Positions 12,051-24,919 of a DNA stretch of 64,000 bases are shown here, piece after piece (within the stretch, counting starts at the first letter, position 1; each line of letters starts with the position of its first letter). Source of the DNA: Somniosus microcephalus (taxonomy: Eukaryota); the NCBI GenBank assembly GCA_052327205.1, contig CM126207.1:248620001-248684000 (forward strand), read 5' to 3'. A model generated the notes under the pieces. It was not told where the DNA came from and ran no database searches. It saw nothing but the letters and a program-made list of their open reading frames with translations. The translations under genes and the position numbers were made by a program.

Positions 12051-12865
12051 CTGTCCTCCAGACAAAGTCCAGAGAGTGGCCATAGATCGCGGCTGGGGAT
12101 TGGTACTTGGGTCTTCTCCCAGTCACAAGACCAGCAATCTAGCGCTGCAGTTTCCAAACCTCTCCAAGGAAAGGTGTCAATTTGCCAGTCTCTGCACTTT
12201 ATGACAGTTAACTTTATCCTGAGAAGGATTATAATCCACTTGTCCTGTCCCTCTGTCTCCCCCCCACAAATAAAAGTTAAAATTGTGAGGCGTCTAAACT
12301 TCTTCAGTCTTCCCTTCATTCCACAATCTATAAGATTTTAAAACCCAATCTTGCTCACACCTAACCACTACTTCTTGATTTATCTTGCCTTCTTTCCTAA
12401 GTTGTTAAAAGCCACTTTTATTTCATTTATTTGCCTTGCTAGTGCCACTGGCGCCCAACATGCGGGTATCATGCAGCTGGTTAAAAACCCTAAATTAAGC
12501 TTGCTGGATTCTCCAAGATTAGCGGCTGGGAAGACTGATTCTTCCCAAATCTGTTAAATTTACTTTGAGGTTGGTACTGGCTGCATGCGGCATGCACATT
12601 AGGAGCTGGCAGCACCAGCGGGATACAAAGACAAAACCAAAAGCAACTTTACTTTTACACTTCAATGTCAGGTTCTAGTGTCCTGCTTCAGAAGAGTAAT
12701 CACCATGTGTCACTCTCCTGCTTGTATAACATACAGACCCAGGCTATAAGCACATTGGACCAGCTCCCCACATCTACTTCACTGAAACAGTTACCTCAAC
12801 TGTCCTCTAGACAAAGTCCAGAGAGTGGCCATAGATCGCGGCTGGGGACTGGTACTTGAGTCTTC
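12051..12865 (+). repeat. 66-bp direct repeat pair (12051-12116 and 12800-12865)
   Basis: CTGTCCTC(C/T)AGACAAAGTCCAGAGAGTGGCCATAGATCGCGGCTGGGGA(T/C)TGGTACTTG(G/A)GTCTTC, 3 mismatches, 749 bp apart. Confidence 0.95.
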
Positions 12866-12942
12866 CAGACAACACTTCCACAGATACAGATTTTCTAGGG
12901 CGTACAATGACTTTGTGGCTTCTCCAATCTTGGCTCATTTAC

Positions 12943-13039
12943 GACGAAACTCTGTTTCTCTCTCCACAGATGCTGAGTATTTCCAGCATTTTCTGTTTTT
13001 ATTTCAGGTTTCCAGCATCCGCAGTATTTTGCTTTTGTT
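12943..13039 (+). mobile_element. Short Penelope pLTR 3' fragment with 13-bp TSD
   Basis: AACTCTGTTTCTCTCTCCACAGATGCTGAGTATTTCCAGCATTTTCTG...GCAGTATTTTGC, flanked by TTGGCTCATTTAC at 12930-12942 and 13040-13052. Confidence 0.85.
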
Positions 13040-16000
13040 TTGGCTCATTTACACTTGGGAGTACAGCTGACTGGGGAAGAATTGGATACCTGTGCCTTAT
13101 TGCATTCTTCAGTCCTTGACTTTTTTTTCCCCCTCATGTTTCCATGCCTTGAGACATTTTTGATGTTAAAGGTTCGATATGAATGCAAGTTATTCTTTTG
13201 AATCGGGATGTTGTTTTAACTTGCCCCTTCACTTAGGATTCTCAATTTAAAAAAAGGAAAAACTTAGCCCAAAGGTTCTTTGGGGAAACAAAATGTGGCC
13301 AGACTGCACGATTCTGCAAGGTCCTCTTATTATTACACCTGATGTGACAATGTGTAACATCAATCAGATGAGGACAGTAAACTGGCTTCCACATAGAATA
13401 ATCCAGGATGAAGCAGCTGAAAAGCGGTTTAATACAATCGAAGAAAATCAGCACATTCCAGACAATGTGCTAAAAGGAGGTAACAATTGAATGAGACAGA
13501 AAGGGCTGTTACAAAGATAAGAGAACGACTGAGAGCAGAAAGATTAACGCAAAGTTCAAGGCTATTTACAAGTTGAAGTATTCAGGATGGTCATGACAGA
13601 TCCATTCACACCTACACTAGATGTGAAAAATTTAAGCAGGTTTGTATGTTAAATTCAGGCTATTTTCAAGATACTTTTAACCCAGACATTAAATTGGGTT
13701 CCACTGTGGTATAAACAGGCTAGTTTATGTTGGAATTAATAAGAAGTCGCTCAATTTTTTGAAATTCAAGGATAATAAGCAAGTTTCACTATGCTACAAA
13801 TGGTCGTTTTTAATTTTAATCATTTGAATAATTATTTATTCATGATGTTGTACGTTTTTTCATATACAGTGTATATGGATATACATGCCAAGCCATTTAT
13901 ATGCAAATCTTATCTAAGGAAATTCCTGAGATAAGCACATTTTCACCAAGTCCTAATTTGTTCCAGGGAGCCTGTATATCCAGTCCTGTTATATGTAAAC
14001 CTAATCTGGATATAAGCAATTTATTTTGAAAATCTGTGCCCTGCTGCATATGAAAGGTTTCCAGTTCAATGTACGTTCTATATTAATTGGCCACAAATAA
14101 CAAAGGGAGCCAATTTATTATGTGGAATCCTCAGCGCACCAAGAAACTCGCTTTCAACAAGCTGCTCTTCCCCCTCCCCCCACACTGTGCAGTAGGACTG
14201 TGCATTTGGATGTAGTCAGACTTTCGATATCTAGGGTACAACATTCAGAATCTTAAATCCAAATAATGAGGTCAGTGCACAAGTGAGGAGGCTGCTTTCA
14301 ATAGACCAGAATGGGACTGTGAGGGATTGGACACACATTTCCCACCCACCCTGCAGGATCGGATGCATACTCTTTTCTAACCAAAAGACCACCAGGGATT
14401 GTACATGATATGTACATTCCTTCCTGACCCCCAAGCAGACCAAAGAGGACTGAAAGCATAGCCGCCCAAGTAGACCAACAGGAGTGAGCCACTGCATGCT
14501 GCCCTCTCACTTGACTGCCAGGGACTGGATGAATAAACTATCTCCAATAGAAACCCCAAATAGAAAACAGCAACAAACATCATAAAGGGGGAGACAATGA
14601 GCCTGTGCATGTATACGTGCACACACACACAAAAATAGTAACAGTGGTCACTACTCCAGATACTGATGCCCAACTATCAAATTGAGAGTACGAAAATATT
14701 TGCTGACTCCGAAGATGGCGGAGCTCATATGCATTTCCCTGCCCATGCACAGCAGGTTGTCGAAAGCAAATCCCATTGGGGGAAAATTGGATTTGTTTAA
14801 AATAATCCAATTTGGCAGTACCTCTACCATACACTATTTTATAACGAGCGGTTTATGGAGCCATTTTGCTGAATTTACCTTTAATTATTATAATTACCTA
14901 TGCAGCAGTCTGACCTCAGTGTAGTTAATTCTGTGGCCTATTACAAAATGTTAAATTTAGACTCACTTTTATTTTCTTTAATATTATAAAAGCACCATGT
15001 TTGCAACCAGCAAAAGCAACCTTGGACGCAGTATGAAATAGGGATGTGCTATTAAAATACCACCCGTGCAACCTTTATTATTTTGAATAAAAGGAAAATA
15101 ACCTGTTTTAATACAAAGAATAATTATGTGCCTCTATTTCATTTTCCAAACCAAATAACCAGAAGCATATTTCTCTTAATAATTTTCAAACCTGTTGCTT
15201 AAGCAGCAATTATTATTGCTGAATACATTTTATATCATTAACTCCTTCGACTAGCCAACAGAACGTAGAGCACGCAGCAGAGTAAACAATGATCATCTCT
15301 TAATCAAAAGTGTTAGATTGATTAGCTGTTATCTGGCATGCTGTACCCTAATAGTCAAATATGGCTATCTTTTCTTAGTGTGCATGTATTTTTTTCTCTT
15401 TATTTTTCCCTAGTGCCATTTAAGTTAACTGATGTGTTTACTGTCTAGAATGGCTGAATACATTCCGGGTCACAGTGCAGAAACAAGACTGGCTAATTGC
15501 ATTCTGCACTTCACTTCTGCAAAGCTTCCATCTCCTACAATAACAGCATGCCTGAAGTGGTAGGAATATTCATCAAGCAGAAAAGGCACAGACACCTCCT
15601 TGTTATGATTCTCCAAGACCAATCGCTGCTGCCCCAAGGTCATTTGTAAACCTCAGCCATAACTAACAGCAAAATAAGTAAGTGACGCGGCGCTTCGTTT
15701 CATATCAGAATTACACATCAACACACACAGACTAAAAAATTCCATTTCCTAAAACATAGAGAAAGGCTATTCATACCATGGATTAGGGTCAATGATCTGG
15801 ATGGAAAGTAAACCAGTTTCTATTTTTTTTTAAATTATTACTGTCGCCTAATAGTAGATCACAAAATCAAAATTAGGATGAACAGCAATTTGACCATTCG
15901 TGCTATTTGTCACCCCATGTGCATCTGGTCAGGGCACAGACATAAGCATATTCTGTTTGCGTAAACATGACACAAACAATGTGCACCTGATATTTTCACA

Positions 16001-16414
16001 CTTCAGTGTCAGAATGACTTCAAGACAGCTAATTAAAATCATTCCGTGGGTCAAAGTCTCTGTTTTGTGAGTCAATATGGAAGAGGAGCTGAAAGTTGAT
16101 CAAACTTCAGATGTGGAAAATTAACACCACATTCTGTGTTTGGCAGCGAAGCCAGACTGTACTTTTATTTGTGATTTTTAAAAAATCCGTGTAAACTCAA
16201 ATTGCCAAAAATACTTGGGAATGTTAGCTTTTTTTATGATCAGAAATAACTTAAACAGATGGTGCTGGACAAGTCTCACTCAATTATAAAGTAGAAATGT
16301 AATCAAGGGATTCAAATGAGACCATGAATTGTTATAAGGAAGCTCAGCTCTGAACCCCTCAACGGTCTTGCAAATCACTGACAGGTAACCATTGTTGTTC
16401 ATAACATACATAGT

Positions 16415-17105
16415 GGTCCGTATTTTCTGATGCCTATGGGTGTGTACGAGCTGTGTACCCACTCGTAGGGGCCTTGCAAGTGCCGGTTTTAGGCATGCGA
16501 AGCGCATGCGCTGAAAACCGGCATTTCCAATCTGTCAAGAATCCTCTTGACAGGTCGCACGCCTGCCCTGGAGAAGGGCCTCTGCGGGGGGAAGAGTTCC
16601 GCTTTCTGCAGAACCTCCGCCCGCTGAAATCCCTTAAAAATGTTACGCCTGGTAAAAGCACTCATTTATTATGTAAAAATACTTTAATAAAAGTTAAGTT
16701 TATTTTTAGCCCTGTAAAATACTTTAATTATTTTTTTCAAAAATTTAATTTTTGTTTAAAATATTTAATTTAATGTAATTTTAACTCATTTTAAAAACGT
16801 GATTTAAAAAAATAATTTAATGTTGTGATGTCTTTTTTCAGTGATCCCCATTCATACTTTTGACAGGCCTACCTGTCAAAAGTATGAAGGGGGATTCCCT
16901 TCTCCCATTGGCTCGCCTGGCCCATGTGATCCCAGGGACGCTTGCGAACTGCCTGCGCCCCTGGGATACCTGGGCCTCTGCACGCGCACACCAGGAGAGG
17001 CCCAGGAGCGGAAGACCACAGGAGCCCTCAGGTAAGGGCATAGATTGTTTCCCCATAGGTGGCATCCACAAGCAGGTTGTCTCCTACTGGAAAGTGTGAA
17101 TTTTC
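16415..17105. mobile_element. Harbinger-type MITE (relative of 24920-25682), right end decayed
   Basis: Left end GGTCCGTATTTT; internal hairpin TGCCGGTTTT...GCGCATGCGCTGAAAACCGGCA shared with the 24920 element; AT-rich core. Right boundary approximate. Confidence 0.65.
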
Positions 17106-19201
17106 TTTTTTTTTACAGTTTAAGCACCACAATTTGTTGGCTGTGTGACGAATCAACATAGGACAAAGAATGTCATAGATTTTATGACTTAGGACTTGAA
17201 GGTATATCAGATTTATGAAACAGGATTTGGAATATTAGCAGACTGTTTATTTATAGTAAATTACAGGAGTGTGCACTACCTTGTACATGTATTGTTTATT
17301 ACTTTAGTTTTGAAATTTTACATAAATATAGTTTAAAAGGCAAATTTATTAATACCTATTTATATTATTTTATTTGGAATTTGCCATTTTTCCAGGTCTG
17401 CGAAAAATCTACAGGGCATTTTCGAGAAGGTAAAATAGCTTAAGCCCAGTGTCTAACAGGAAGTTGAGTGGAGTAATGAGCCAACATGTTTAAATCTGTC
17501 TTGCTTCGGAGGGGTGGAAGGAGCTGAGTAATTGCATTTCCACTCACTTCCCCCCCCCCCCCCCCTCTCCGCCACCACTACTGATAATCATTTCAGCAGA
17601 GGAAGAATTCAAGCTTCCTCTATTCAACAAAGACTTCCTTGGAAAAAAATAATCTGAACTGACTGCAATTTCAGCCCTTAGTCTGCTGCATTTATCTATC
17701 CCAGCGAGGTCGCTGATGTCAAGTGCACGCTCTTCAATTCTTACAATTTTCCTGTTCATGACATTCATTCGTATGCTTGCCTCAACCACACACTCGGAGG
17801 TAGCCATTGTGCCAACAATTAAATATATATATCCGTTATGTGTTTTAAGGAAATGTGTCGTGCTGCACAAACGCAGCTATCATTATCTGTTATTTTGCAG
17901 CAGAAAGCTTCAAACCAGCACAATGCTTCATGAAAAGCTGAAAAGCTCCCGTTTTCCTTAAGATTTTTTATATAGACTCATTAGATTGCGAAGTAACCAA
18001 AACCTGCCTTCCATGCTTTGTGGCAGAAAAGCACATTTTTGTCGGTTGCCATTTCTGCGCTCCTTTTAACAGAAGAGACAACCTTATACTGCGCAAATCT
18101 GCAGCATCCCTTTCCCAATGGTCAAACTGTCAACTTCAAGTCAGTTTTATACATTTGAAAACAAATGAGCTGTAGAACTTGGACTAATTCAAATGTAAGG
18201 GACCATCACCAAATGGGTGGCTGCAATAAAATCCAAATGGTGTGTCAAAAATTCTTCCAGAATAAGCAAAGCTGGATGAAATAATAATATGAAATTAAAG
18301 ATAGCAGTAAATATTTATTCTGCTAGAGATGGTTGACTGCTGCAAATTGAACAATATTGAGGAAAATTCCTGTTTCAGAGGCAAAGAAGGATTTTCCAAC
18401 AGAAAACTTGTGGTTCGCTGAAATTACTCATGAAAATCAGCCTTTCCCAGTGTTTCTGTTTAATCCAAAATAGCTGTTCTATACAGAAGCACACCTAAGA
18501 TGCCGTGCTCTTGAAGAAATATGCTGACTCTGTCCAGAGCAAAAATATAAATGGAGATGAGTGGATGGAAATTGAAAATTGGATACATTTTGCTGGTTCC
18601 TATTACATTAGAAGTGGTTGAAGAAAACTCTGCTATTGGGAATGTACACTGCAACACCCTGTGACTGTGTAGCCCAGCATCAGCTCCAGGCAAACACGGG
18701 TGGTTTCAAACCGAAGTTCAGTGTTTCTCAGTTGGACTGTCTCTCTGAAGCCAAAGTTCAATCTCACAGAAACAGGGGCAAAAATTGGCTTCATCACCTC
18801 TGCTACTTTTGAAAGGACGTGTGATTAAATGGGATGCGGGCAGGTCACTTTTGGCCCCGTAGCTCCTCCTAAATTGTTTCAAGTTGACGTTCGTTTTTGT
18901 GTAACAAACAAAAATAACAATAGTTATTTACAGCACAAAATAACTGAACCGGATGGAATTTGGCGAAATGCCTTTTCGCAATGGTAAAAATAAACAAAAT
19001 AGCTGATTATTTGACTGTCGTAGCAAGGAAATGAAAACGTGCACATGTTAGGATGTTTAATTGTTCCGGTATATAAAAGATGGAATTCTGTTTCAGTGAA
19101 ATGAAGTGAAATTGCAGGATGTCTGCAAAACAAGTTTAACTAACAACAGAAAATGCTAGAAAAACTCAGCAGGTCAGGCAACATCCGTGGAGAGAAATTT
19201 G

Positions 19202-19236
19202 AGTTGACGTTTCGGGTCGAACCCTTCTTCAAAACT
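19202..19236 (-). ncRNA. Minimal hammerhead ribozyme motif (pLTR downstream of the GIY-YIG ORF)
   Basis: Reverse complement reads AGTT-TTGAAGA-A-GGGT(TCG)ACCC-GAAA-CGTC-AACT; C3 is replaced by U. Confidence 0.55.
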
Positions 19237-19809
19237 GGAAAGAAAAGAAATTAGATCGAAGGCAGGGCTGCGATCGGACAAAAGAAGTGAAAGAAACAAA
19301 AGAGCTAGACGAGATGGTAATAGGCTGAGATTAGGTGTAAAGTGTACTGGCAGGGCGAGAGATAGCTGCCAGGTGTGAGAGAGAAACAAAAGGAAAGGGG
19401 GGGGGGGAAAAGGAGTGGAAAAATTACAAGAAAAAATGTGTAATAAGGGCCGAGGTTATGATCTGAAATTGTTGAACTCAATATTGAGTCCGGAAGGCTG
19501 CAGAGTGCCTAATCGGAAGATGAGGTGCTGTTCCTCGAGTTTACGTTGAGCTTCCGTGGAACAATACAAGAGGCCATGGACGGTGAGGTCCGAGTGGGAA
19601 TGGAGCGGTGAATTAAAATGACAGGCGACCGGAAGCTCGGGGTCACCCTTACGGACTGAACGGACTCTCACACCTGGCAGCTATCTCTTGCCCTGCCAGT
19701 ACACTTTACACCTAATCTCAGCCTATTACCATCTCGTCTAGCTCTTTTGTTTCTTTCACTTCTTTTGTCCGATCACAGCCCTGCCTTCGATCCATTTTCT
19801 TTTCTTTCC

Positions 19810-19844
19810 AGTTTTGAAGAAGGGTTCGACCCGAAACGTCAACT
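19810..19844 (+). ncRNA. Minimal hammerhead ribozyme motif (inverted pLTR)
   Basis: AGTT-TTGAAGA-A-GGGT(TCG)ACCC-GAAA-CGTC-AACT; predicted cleavage after C19840; C3 is replaced by U. Confidence 0.55.
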
Positions 19845-20589
19845 CAAATTTCTCTCCACGGATGTTGCCTGACCTGCTGAGTTTTTCCAGCATTTTCTTT
19901 TGTTATTTCGGATTTCCAACATCTGCAGTATTTTGCTATCAAACAAGTTTAACTGTTACTTCAATAGCCCACTCCTCTGCGTCCCTTTTTAAACAGAGCC
20001 ACGAGTTTTGTGCCACCTGTGATAAGAATTTATTTCTTTCAATTAGGTGCACTTGTCCCCAGTCCTAGTTCATCAGCTCAGCACAGCAAAGTCAATGAAA
20101 GTGCCTGTAATGAAGTAATCAGATGCAGCCTGGCTTTCTAGCTTACTCTGGCCACCACAGAAGGGCAGCCTCTTCAATAACACTTTGTACGTAACTGAAA
20201 GAACTGCGCTGCTCATTGTGCCAGACTACTGCATGGCAAACAACGCAAGGAGCAGTGCTGAGGCTACAGGTTAAACCAGGAAGAAATCCAGGAGAGATCA
20301 GCAAAGAAAACCTTCACTGCAAAAGGAAAGGGGCAGCATTAACAATCGAGTCTGAACAACAGAAAGAGTGGCAGCAGCCGTGAAAATATTTCTGTTTGTG
20401 ACATTAGGTTCTAAAAATCATGTCCGATTGCACTATGAACCGTAAAATGTTGTGGAGCAACAGTTGTTCACAAAAAAAGATTTGATTTTTCTTTAATAAA
20501 ACATAATATGCAACTGTCCTGTGCAGACTGGATTATAGTGCCACCATCCACCACTCCCATGTTAACTATGGATAACAGTTTTTATCTTG

Positions 20590-20985
20590 ATTAGGCTAGT
20601 AGCACTCTTGCCCCTAAGGTTGTGGGTTCAATTCCATTAGCAGGACTTGAACTCATAATTGAGACTGACACTTTGGTGGAATTGCAAAGGAGTGCTGCAG
20701 CATCGGAAGTGTCACCCTTTGGATAAGACATTAAACCAAGGTTGTGTCTGTCTGTCCAGGTGGACATAAAAACATCGAATGGAACCATTCAAAGAAGGGC
20801 AGGTAGTTCTGCTAACATTCTTCCCCCATCCAATACCACCAAAAATAATCCAAATCAATTTGTACCATTCGTCACGATTGTGACGATTTGTGAGATCTTC
20901 CGGGGCACAAAATTGCTTGCACGTTGGCCTACATAGCAGTCATTGTACTTCAAGGGATGCTATGTAAATTAAATGACTTTCTTTC
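20590..20985 (+). mobile_element. tRNA-headed Deu-domain SINE (SacSINE1/AmnSINE1-like), diverged
   Basis: GGTTGTGGGTTCAATTCC B box; GGAGTGCTGCA...CTTTGGATAAGACATTAAACC Deu-like block; colinear with the 31553 and 52143 copies. Confidence 0.75.
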
Positions 20986-21654
20986 TTTAACCTTCAAAGG
21001 AAGTCTTACTCCTAAACAGTATAATGTCAAATTATAGACAGAAATTATAAATTTTATCACTTATTAACTTTTTGTGATAACTGCCATTTGGACTTCACAT
21101 AAATGGATGAAATATCACTGTCAGGCCTGCTCCAAGTAGATTTTTTTTTATCACCACCTGTTATCGGGCAAATGTTCACGATCTCTTGCTACAACCTTGG
21201 TTGGTGATTGGCAGAGCGCTTGTAGAAATGGTGTACATGGCTGAAAGCAGCCATCTGTGCTGTTTTTCTGCGGTTTTCACAGATCTCATGGCAGGAGACT
21301 GGGAGAACCCCTGCTGAGATTCAGGGCGCTGTTTTCTCATCTTATAGGGTGCTCTCATCAAGTGGCTCTGACTGTAAAGATTTGTTAATCTCAGGAGCTG
21401 TTCATTCAGGAAACATTATTACCATAGCTCATAGTATTTTAGAAAAAATGAAACATTAGCACAAGAATCTAGTCAGGATCAGTGACATTAAAAAACAAAC
21501 CATCAAGCAACGTTAACAAAAGCAAAACTAGTGCGAATAGCCTCCAACACACAATTCTACTGGCAAATATTTTATCAGCGCTCATGAGTGGATGTGCTGG
21601 AAGAAGCACACGAGTGAGTCAGAACTTGACTGAAGCGAACACTTATTTCAACCA

Positions 21655-21870
21655 GGGCTGTGGGAGGGGTGTCCCAAATCGAAGGAGTTGACAAAATTAG
21701 CCTGACTTTCTGCTCATGATTGCCACCCAGTGATCCCTGCTGGAGATTGGTCAAGTGTGAATATTGAGAAACTGAAGTGGACTTGAATGTGATGTGCTCC
21801 CCTACCATGAGTGAATAGCTTGCGAATAATAAGCATTTAGGCACTAGCACTGCATATGATGCCACTTGGC
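21655..21870 (+). mobile_element. Ancient SINE-like repeat (family X) fragment
   Basis: Diverged similarity to 7050-7330 and to the reverse complement of 27370-27700. Confidence 0.4.
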
Positions 21871-24800
21871 CAAATAGAATACCCACTTTGTAAACCGCTA
21901 ATGACAGGGACATTGTAGTGATAATAAAATTCTGCCGATTATCTGGCTGAAACACCCACAACAAACTAAAAAAATGGTGTCTAATCTGGAGAGGGTTTCG
22001 TTCACTCAAATTTCACAAGTCAGAATCGTTATGAATACCCTTGTTCACACATTTTCACGTTTCACTCCAAGTTTAAAGTTGACACGTCAATTTTCCATCG
22101 CGCTACAAAGAAAACCTCCCTCTGCAGGTTCTGAGCAACAATGGTACTTAACTGCTCGGAGTCATTAACCTTTAGTGCAGTGTGGTGTAATGTGATGTAC
22201 TACACTGAAGTCTACTGAAGGGCCCTATTGATCCAGCTGGTCTTTTCCACATAGTTTGTGCCTTCAAAGTTGTTTATGATCAATATGCAAATGACTCACT
22301 GCATTGATCCAATATTAATTTTCAATTAGGAAATCCACAGGGGTCTCGAGGGTCAATATCTAACAATTCAAAGAAAAATCTTGAGCAGGTGTAGGCATCG
22401 ACATACTCCACCGCTGAACAGCTTACTTATTTCACATTTATTCTCTCATTTCCTTTTTATTCTGTCATGTACACTTCAGCACAAAGGGGCTTTATTTCCT
22501 TACACAGACACTGTTGGCACTGGTGGAATATACAGAAGCACTGTGCAGAGTTGTCAGTCCCACAGATATTCAGAAACTACTGGCGTATAAACAGCGATGC
22601 TATCAAAATTAAACACTTTAGCCAACAATCTGCTTGAAAAGCTCTGGTATTAAAGGCCTGCCACAGTATTCCGAGATCTCTGAACAACTTGCGGTGTTAA
22701 CTAGTACATTTTCTACCAAGCCTAATTGGTTTATGGATAACATTAATTACCATGTTGCTCATTAATGGATGAAATCTTTATTGGTTCCATTGATCAGTGT
22801 GACTTGTTACCCATCTTCCTAACCAATGGCGGATATAACAAGATCATTTATTGGCATATCAATTAATGTAATCAATTCCGAGCTCGCAGATGCCATTCGC
22901 TGTAAGGCTTGTTTAAACATACAGGACAAAGGTGCAGACATACTGGTTTCAAATTATATTTATTATATATATATGTATACACACCTTTTAACTCTTGCCC
23001 ACTGTTCCAAATTTTGACTCTTTTCACAAGACTTTTAGTCTAAATTTTCCAAATATCCAAAATAATTTTCAAAGTACTTTATGTGGAGTCAATTGGGAAA
23101 AAAAGCTCATTACAACACAGGTATGATGGTCAGCTTTATTTAAAGCTCACAACAGTTGTTGCAGGAATATTTAAAGAAGTTTGACACAGCCACTTAAAAA
23201 GTGCTGGTGTATACAAAAAAAGTGGGAAAAAGCCATTGCATAAGCTAACAGAAAGGAGGAGTGTGTTTAAAAACTTTAAATACATGCATTATTATATATG
23301 TTACAAATATTGACTGCACCGGAGAGGTAGTAGCAATAAACTATTGACCGAAAGGTCACATCTATAACCCAGGGGACAGCAGTTTGTTTTACAGTCTGTT
23401 AAGTACAGTCAATGTTAGTTTAATTATTGGATGGAAGTTTATTTAAAAACTGTTAAAACCTTTCCACCTGTTATGCACAACCCCGCACATTGTGACATCA
23501 GTGGGCACCAGTCTCTCTTTGATTGTTTGCCAATGACATTCACTGAGAACCAGTGCCTGCCCACATCAATTAGTGGGTAATAGTGAAAACTATTACACAT
23601 GAAGGACAGTCACAGGCCACTAATCACAGTCCAGTAGCATTAGGAAATGATTGGATCATCATTCTTGTTTTCACATTTATTTTTATTTTTAAATTAAGTA
23701 GACTCCAGATATCAGTATGCAAGTTTAAAACCATCTATCCCAGTTACACTATTTGCCAGTTTACAAGTGAAAAGAGCAACACAAAATGACCTGTCCAAAC
23801 AGACACTAGACTTTTATGCACATCTGCTAATTTAGAAAACAAACCTCCATTGGGAGACAATGAGGGAACTAAGACAAAGGTGTCTTCATTTTACTTCTGA
23901 GATGTGGCAAAAAAAATTCTGAGGCTTTCTCAGATATCCTCACTCTCACAGGCACTTATTAGCAAACTATAGGTGAATAAAGCAGGCCACATAAAACTCT
24001 CACTACACCTGGAATATGTTACTTTAGATGTGCTTTGTGAAATTACTGCATTTTCCCTCCAGTTTTCTGCATATTTTTCTTGAAGGCGCTGATTCGTGCT
24101 GGGACACAGGTGGGGGCAGTTCTGCAGAACCTTATTGAAATGGCATTCTTCCTATATGAGCGATAAGAGGCTATTGGACTATGGGCACCTAAGCCCCCAC
24201 ACTAAGCCAACAGCAGAGGTGACTGGACAGCCATCAGGAAATATTTTCCCTCCTGGTGTTACTAAGGCCAAGTATAGTGTCTCAACTGTCACTCTGGCTG
24301 AATATAATGTTACTTAGAAAAAATGCATCTTGCATACTTGACTATGGCACACAAATTTAGCTTTCCGTAAATATCTTTCCTTGTCCATTCTCTGAAGCCA
24401 TTGGGCTGGAGTAATTGACATGGTGTAATGATAGGAACATTCAGCATCACATCATTTAGCCTCGATATGTCAAATATTAAACACATGGAGGAACAACACA
24501 AAAGTCACTTGGCTTTTATGTAAGCATCTACCATTATCATTGAAGATTCTTGGAATGCAGAATGCATAGAAAAACCTAGCACAAGTTGGATACTTGCTTT
24601 GCACCATTTGTTACTTGGATATTGAAACAATAAATAAAAATGAAAACAAATCCAATCCTGCCCACTCTGCTTCCTTTATTCATCCATCAGAAACATTTCA
24701 TTAATAATTAGTGGGGCATTTTTCAGGATTTGTGTCCAGCATCATCCTCTTTTCTCAAAATATCTTTAAAAGATATCCAAGAATGCAGCAGGCTTTTATC

Positions 24801-24919
24801 AACCTACTGAAGTTCAGAATGAACTAAAAGGATTATATAATCTTCCAATACAGAGACATTTCTAAGAGACCAAAGTACCTCACTGAATATAGTAGAGTTT
24901 TATTTTGAAACATCTTATT

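Larger units (their letters stand above)
19142..19940 (-). mobile_element. Penelope-like retroelement: GIY-YIG C-terminus plus pLTR, with an inverted second pLTR; 14-bp TSD
   Basis: Minus-strand ORF 19456-19671 PVACHFNSPLHSHSDLTVHGLL...RKLEEQHLIFRLGTLQPSGLNIEF (Penelope EN C-terminus); inverted arms ~19147-19382 / 19665-19898; TSD AAACAAGTTTAACT at 19128-19141 and 19941-19954. Confidence 0.92.

Noticed and set aside
12051-12865. 66-bp direct repeats as the LTRs of a TRIM/LTR element
   Set aside because: No TG...CA termini, PBS, PPT or flanking TSD.
13690-14070. Possible ancient Tigger-like remnant (TTATCTAAGG / CTGGATATAAGC motifs)
   Set aside because: Too decayed; no TIR pair or TA TSD could be fixed.
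14260-14540. Possible solo LTR ending near AATAAA
   Set aside because: No TG..CA boundaries or TSD, and no second copy in the window.
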